From positions 243,598,001-243,662,000 of the forward strand of contig OZ024741.1 of assembly GCA_964016885.1 (NCBI GenBank): a stretch of DNA of 64,000 nt, read 5' to 3'. Both the position numbers and the translations under genes were made by a program. Source of the DNA: Eledone cirrhosa. Its lineage: Eukaryota. The stretch's first letter is position 1, and every line of letters starts with the position of its first letter. The notes under the pieces are model-generated. The model was not told the origin of the DNA and did no database searches. It saw only the letters and a list, made by a program, of their open reading frames with translations. Below, in pieces: positions 63,207-64,000 of this stretch.

Positions 63207-64000
63207 GAAAATCACACCACACTCAGGAAATGTGTGTCTGCACATGTACCAGTAATTACAGATCGATCCGCCCACGGGCGGCCGGCCCACGATCGAAAAT
63301 GTAACTCCGCCGGCAAATTCGCATTTTTGTGATTCGTTTCTTCGAAGCACACCATTCGCTGGTGGACTTCAGCTTCCTCATTTAGCATGGGCAGCTTTTC
63401 TTGAAAATCACACCACTCACAGACTATGAGTCTCTGCACATGTACCACTAATTACACATCGATACGACCACGGGCGGCCTGCCCACGATCGAAAAGGTAA
63501 CTCCGCCGGCAAATCCGCATTTTTGTGATTCGTTTCTTCGAAGCACACCATTCGCCGCCGGACTTCAGCTTCCTCATTTAGCATGGGCAGCTTTTCTTAA
63601 AAATCACACCACACTCAGCAAATATGTGTCTGCACATGTACCAGTAATTACAGATCGATCCGACCACGGGCGGCCTGCCCACGATCGAAAAGGTAACTCC
63701 GCCGGCAAATCCGCATTTTTGTGATTCGTTTCTTCGAAGCACACCATTCGCTGGTGGACTTCAGCTTCCTCATTTAACATGGGCAGCTTTTCTTGAAAAT
63801 CACACCACACTCAGCAAATGTGTGTCTGCACATGTACCAGTAATTACAGATCGATCCGCCCACGGGCGGCCGGCCCACGATCGAAAATGTAACTCCGCCG
63901 GCAAATTCGCATTTTTGTGATTCATTTCTTCGAAGCACACCATTCGCTGGTGGACTTCAGCTTCCTCATTTAGCATGGGCAGCTTTTCTTGAAAATCACA

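Larger units (their letters stand above)
42423..64000 (+). repeat. 196-bp tandem satellite array, ~110 head-to-tail monomers, open at the right window edge; family not recognised
   Basis: Approximate consensus GAAAATCACACCACACACAGCAAATGTGTGTCTGCACATGTACCAGTAATTACAGATCGATCCGACCACGGGCGGCCGGCCCACGATCGAAAAGGTAACTCCGCCGGCAAATTCGCATTTTTGTGATTCGTTTCTTCGAAGCACACCATTCGCCGCCGGACTTCAGCTTCCTCATTTAGCATGGGCAGCTTTTCTT. ORF-track coordinates recur at exact multiples of 196 (e.g. 45572/45768, 46160/46356). Confidence 0.99.

Noticed and set aside
33372-63810. Dozens of similar 65-121 aa ORFs (MWCDFQEKLPML..., MKITPHT..., MNFGNLL...)
   Set aside because: They are translations of the satellite monomer and linker. 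196 is not a multiple of 3, so frames shift each monomer, and ORF limits follow incidental variants.
42423-64000. Possible CRISPR array, or tandem tRNA/5S/snRNA/spliced-leader gene array
   Set aside because: There are no unique spacers, since the whole monomer repeats. I could not recognise a cloverleaf, 5S or snRNA sequence by eye. An Rfam/tRNAscan search would settle the RNA-gene option.
42423-64000. Trypanosoma cruzi 195-bp satellite or primate alpha satellite
   Set aside because: Only the size is comparable. The sequence does not resemble either family as I recall them, and alpha satellite is 171 bp.

Overview
This window is entirely repetitive eukaryotic DNA, with no supportable protein-coding or RNA genes. 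Layout: degenerate (TTAGGG)n array at 1-33448; a ~143-bp linker holding an inverted, diverged fragment of the neighbouring satellite; seven ~196-bp satellite monomers (33592-34968); a second degenerate TTAGGG array (34969-42279); the same linker again; then ~110 satellite monomers running off the right end. The G-rich strand runs into the satellite, so the array is interstitial rather than a chromosome end. Its variant hexamers recur in a fixed order and in nested kb-scale duplications, so it behaves like a recombination-amplified macrosatellite. The whole telomere-repeat/satellite junction has been tandemly duplicated (~9.5 kb). The satellite has nested higher-order repeats (3, 7, 16 monomers; longer offsets of 9, 36, 44). 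All ORFs in the track are repeat artefacts. The organism and any centromeric function cannot be determined from the sequence. Coordinates and offsets were read by eye or from the ORF track; no alignments or searches were run.
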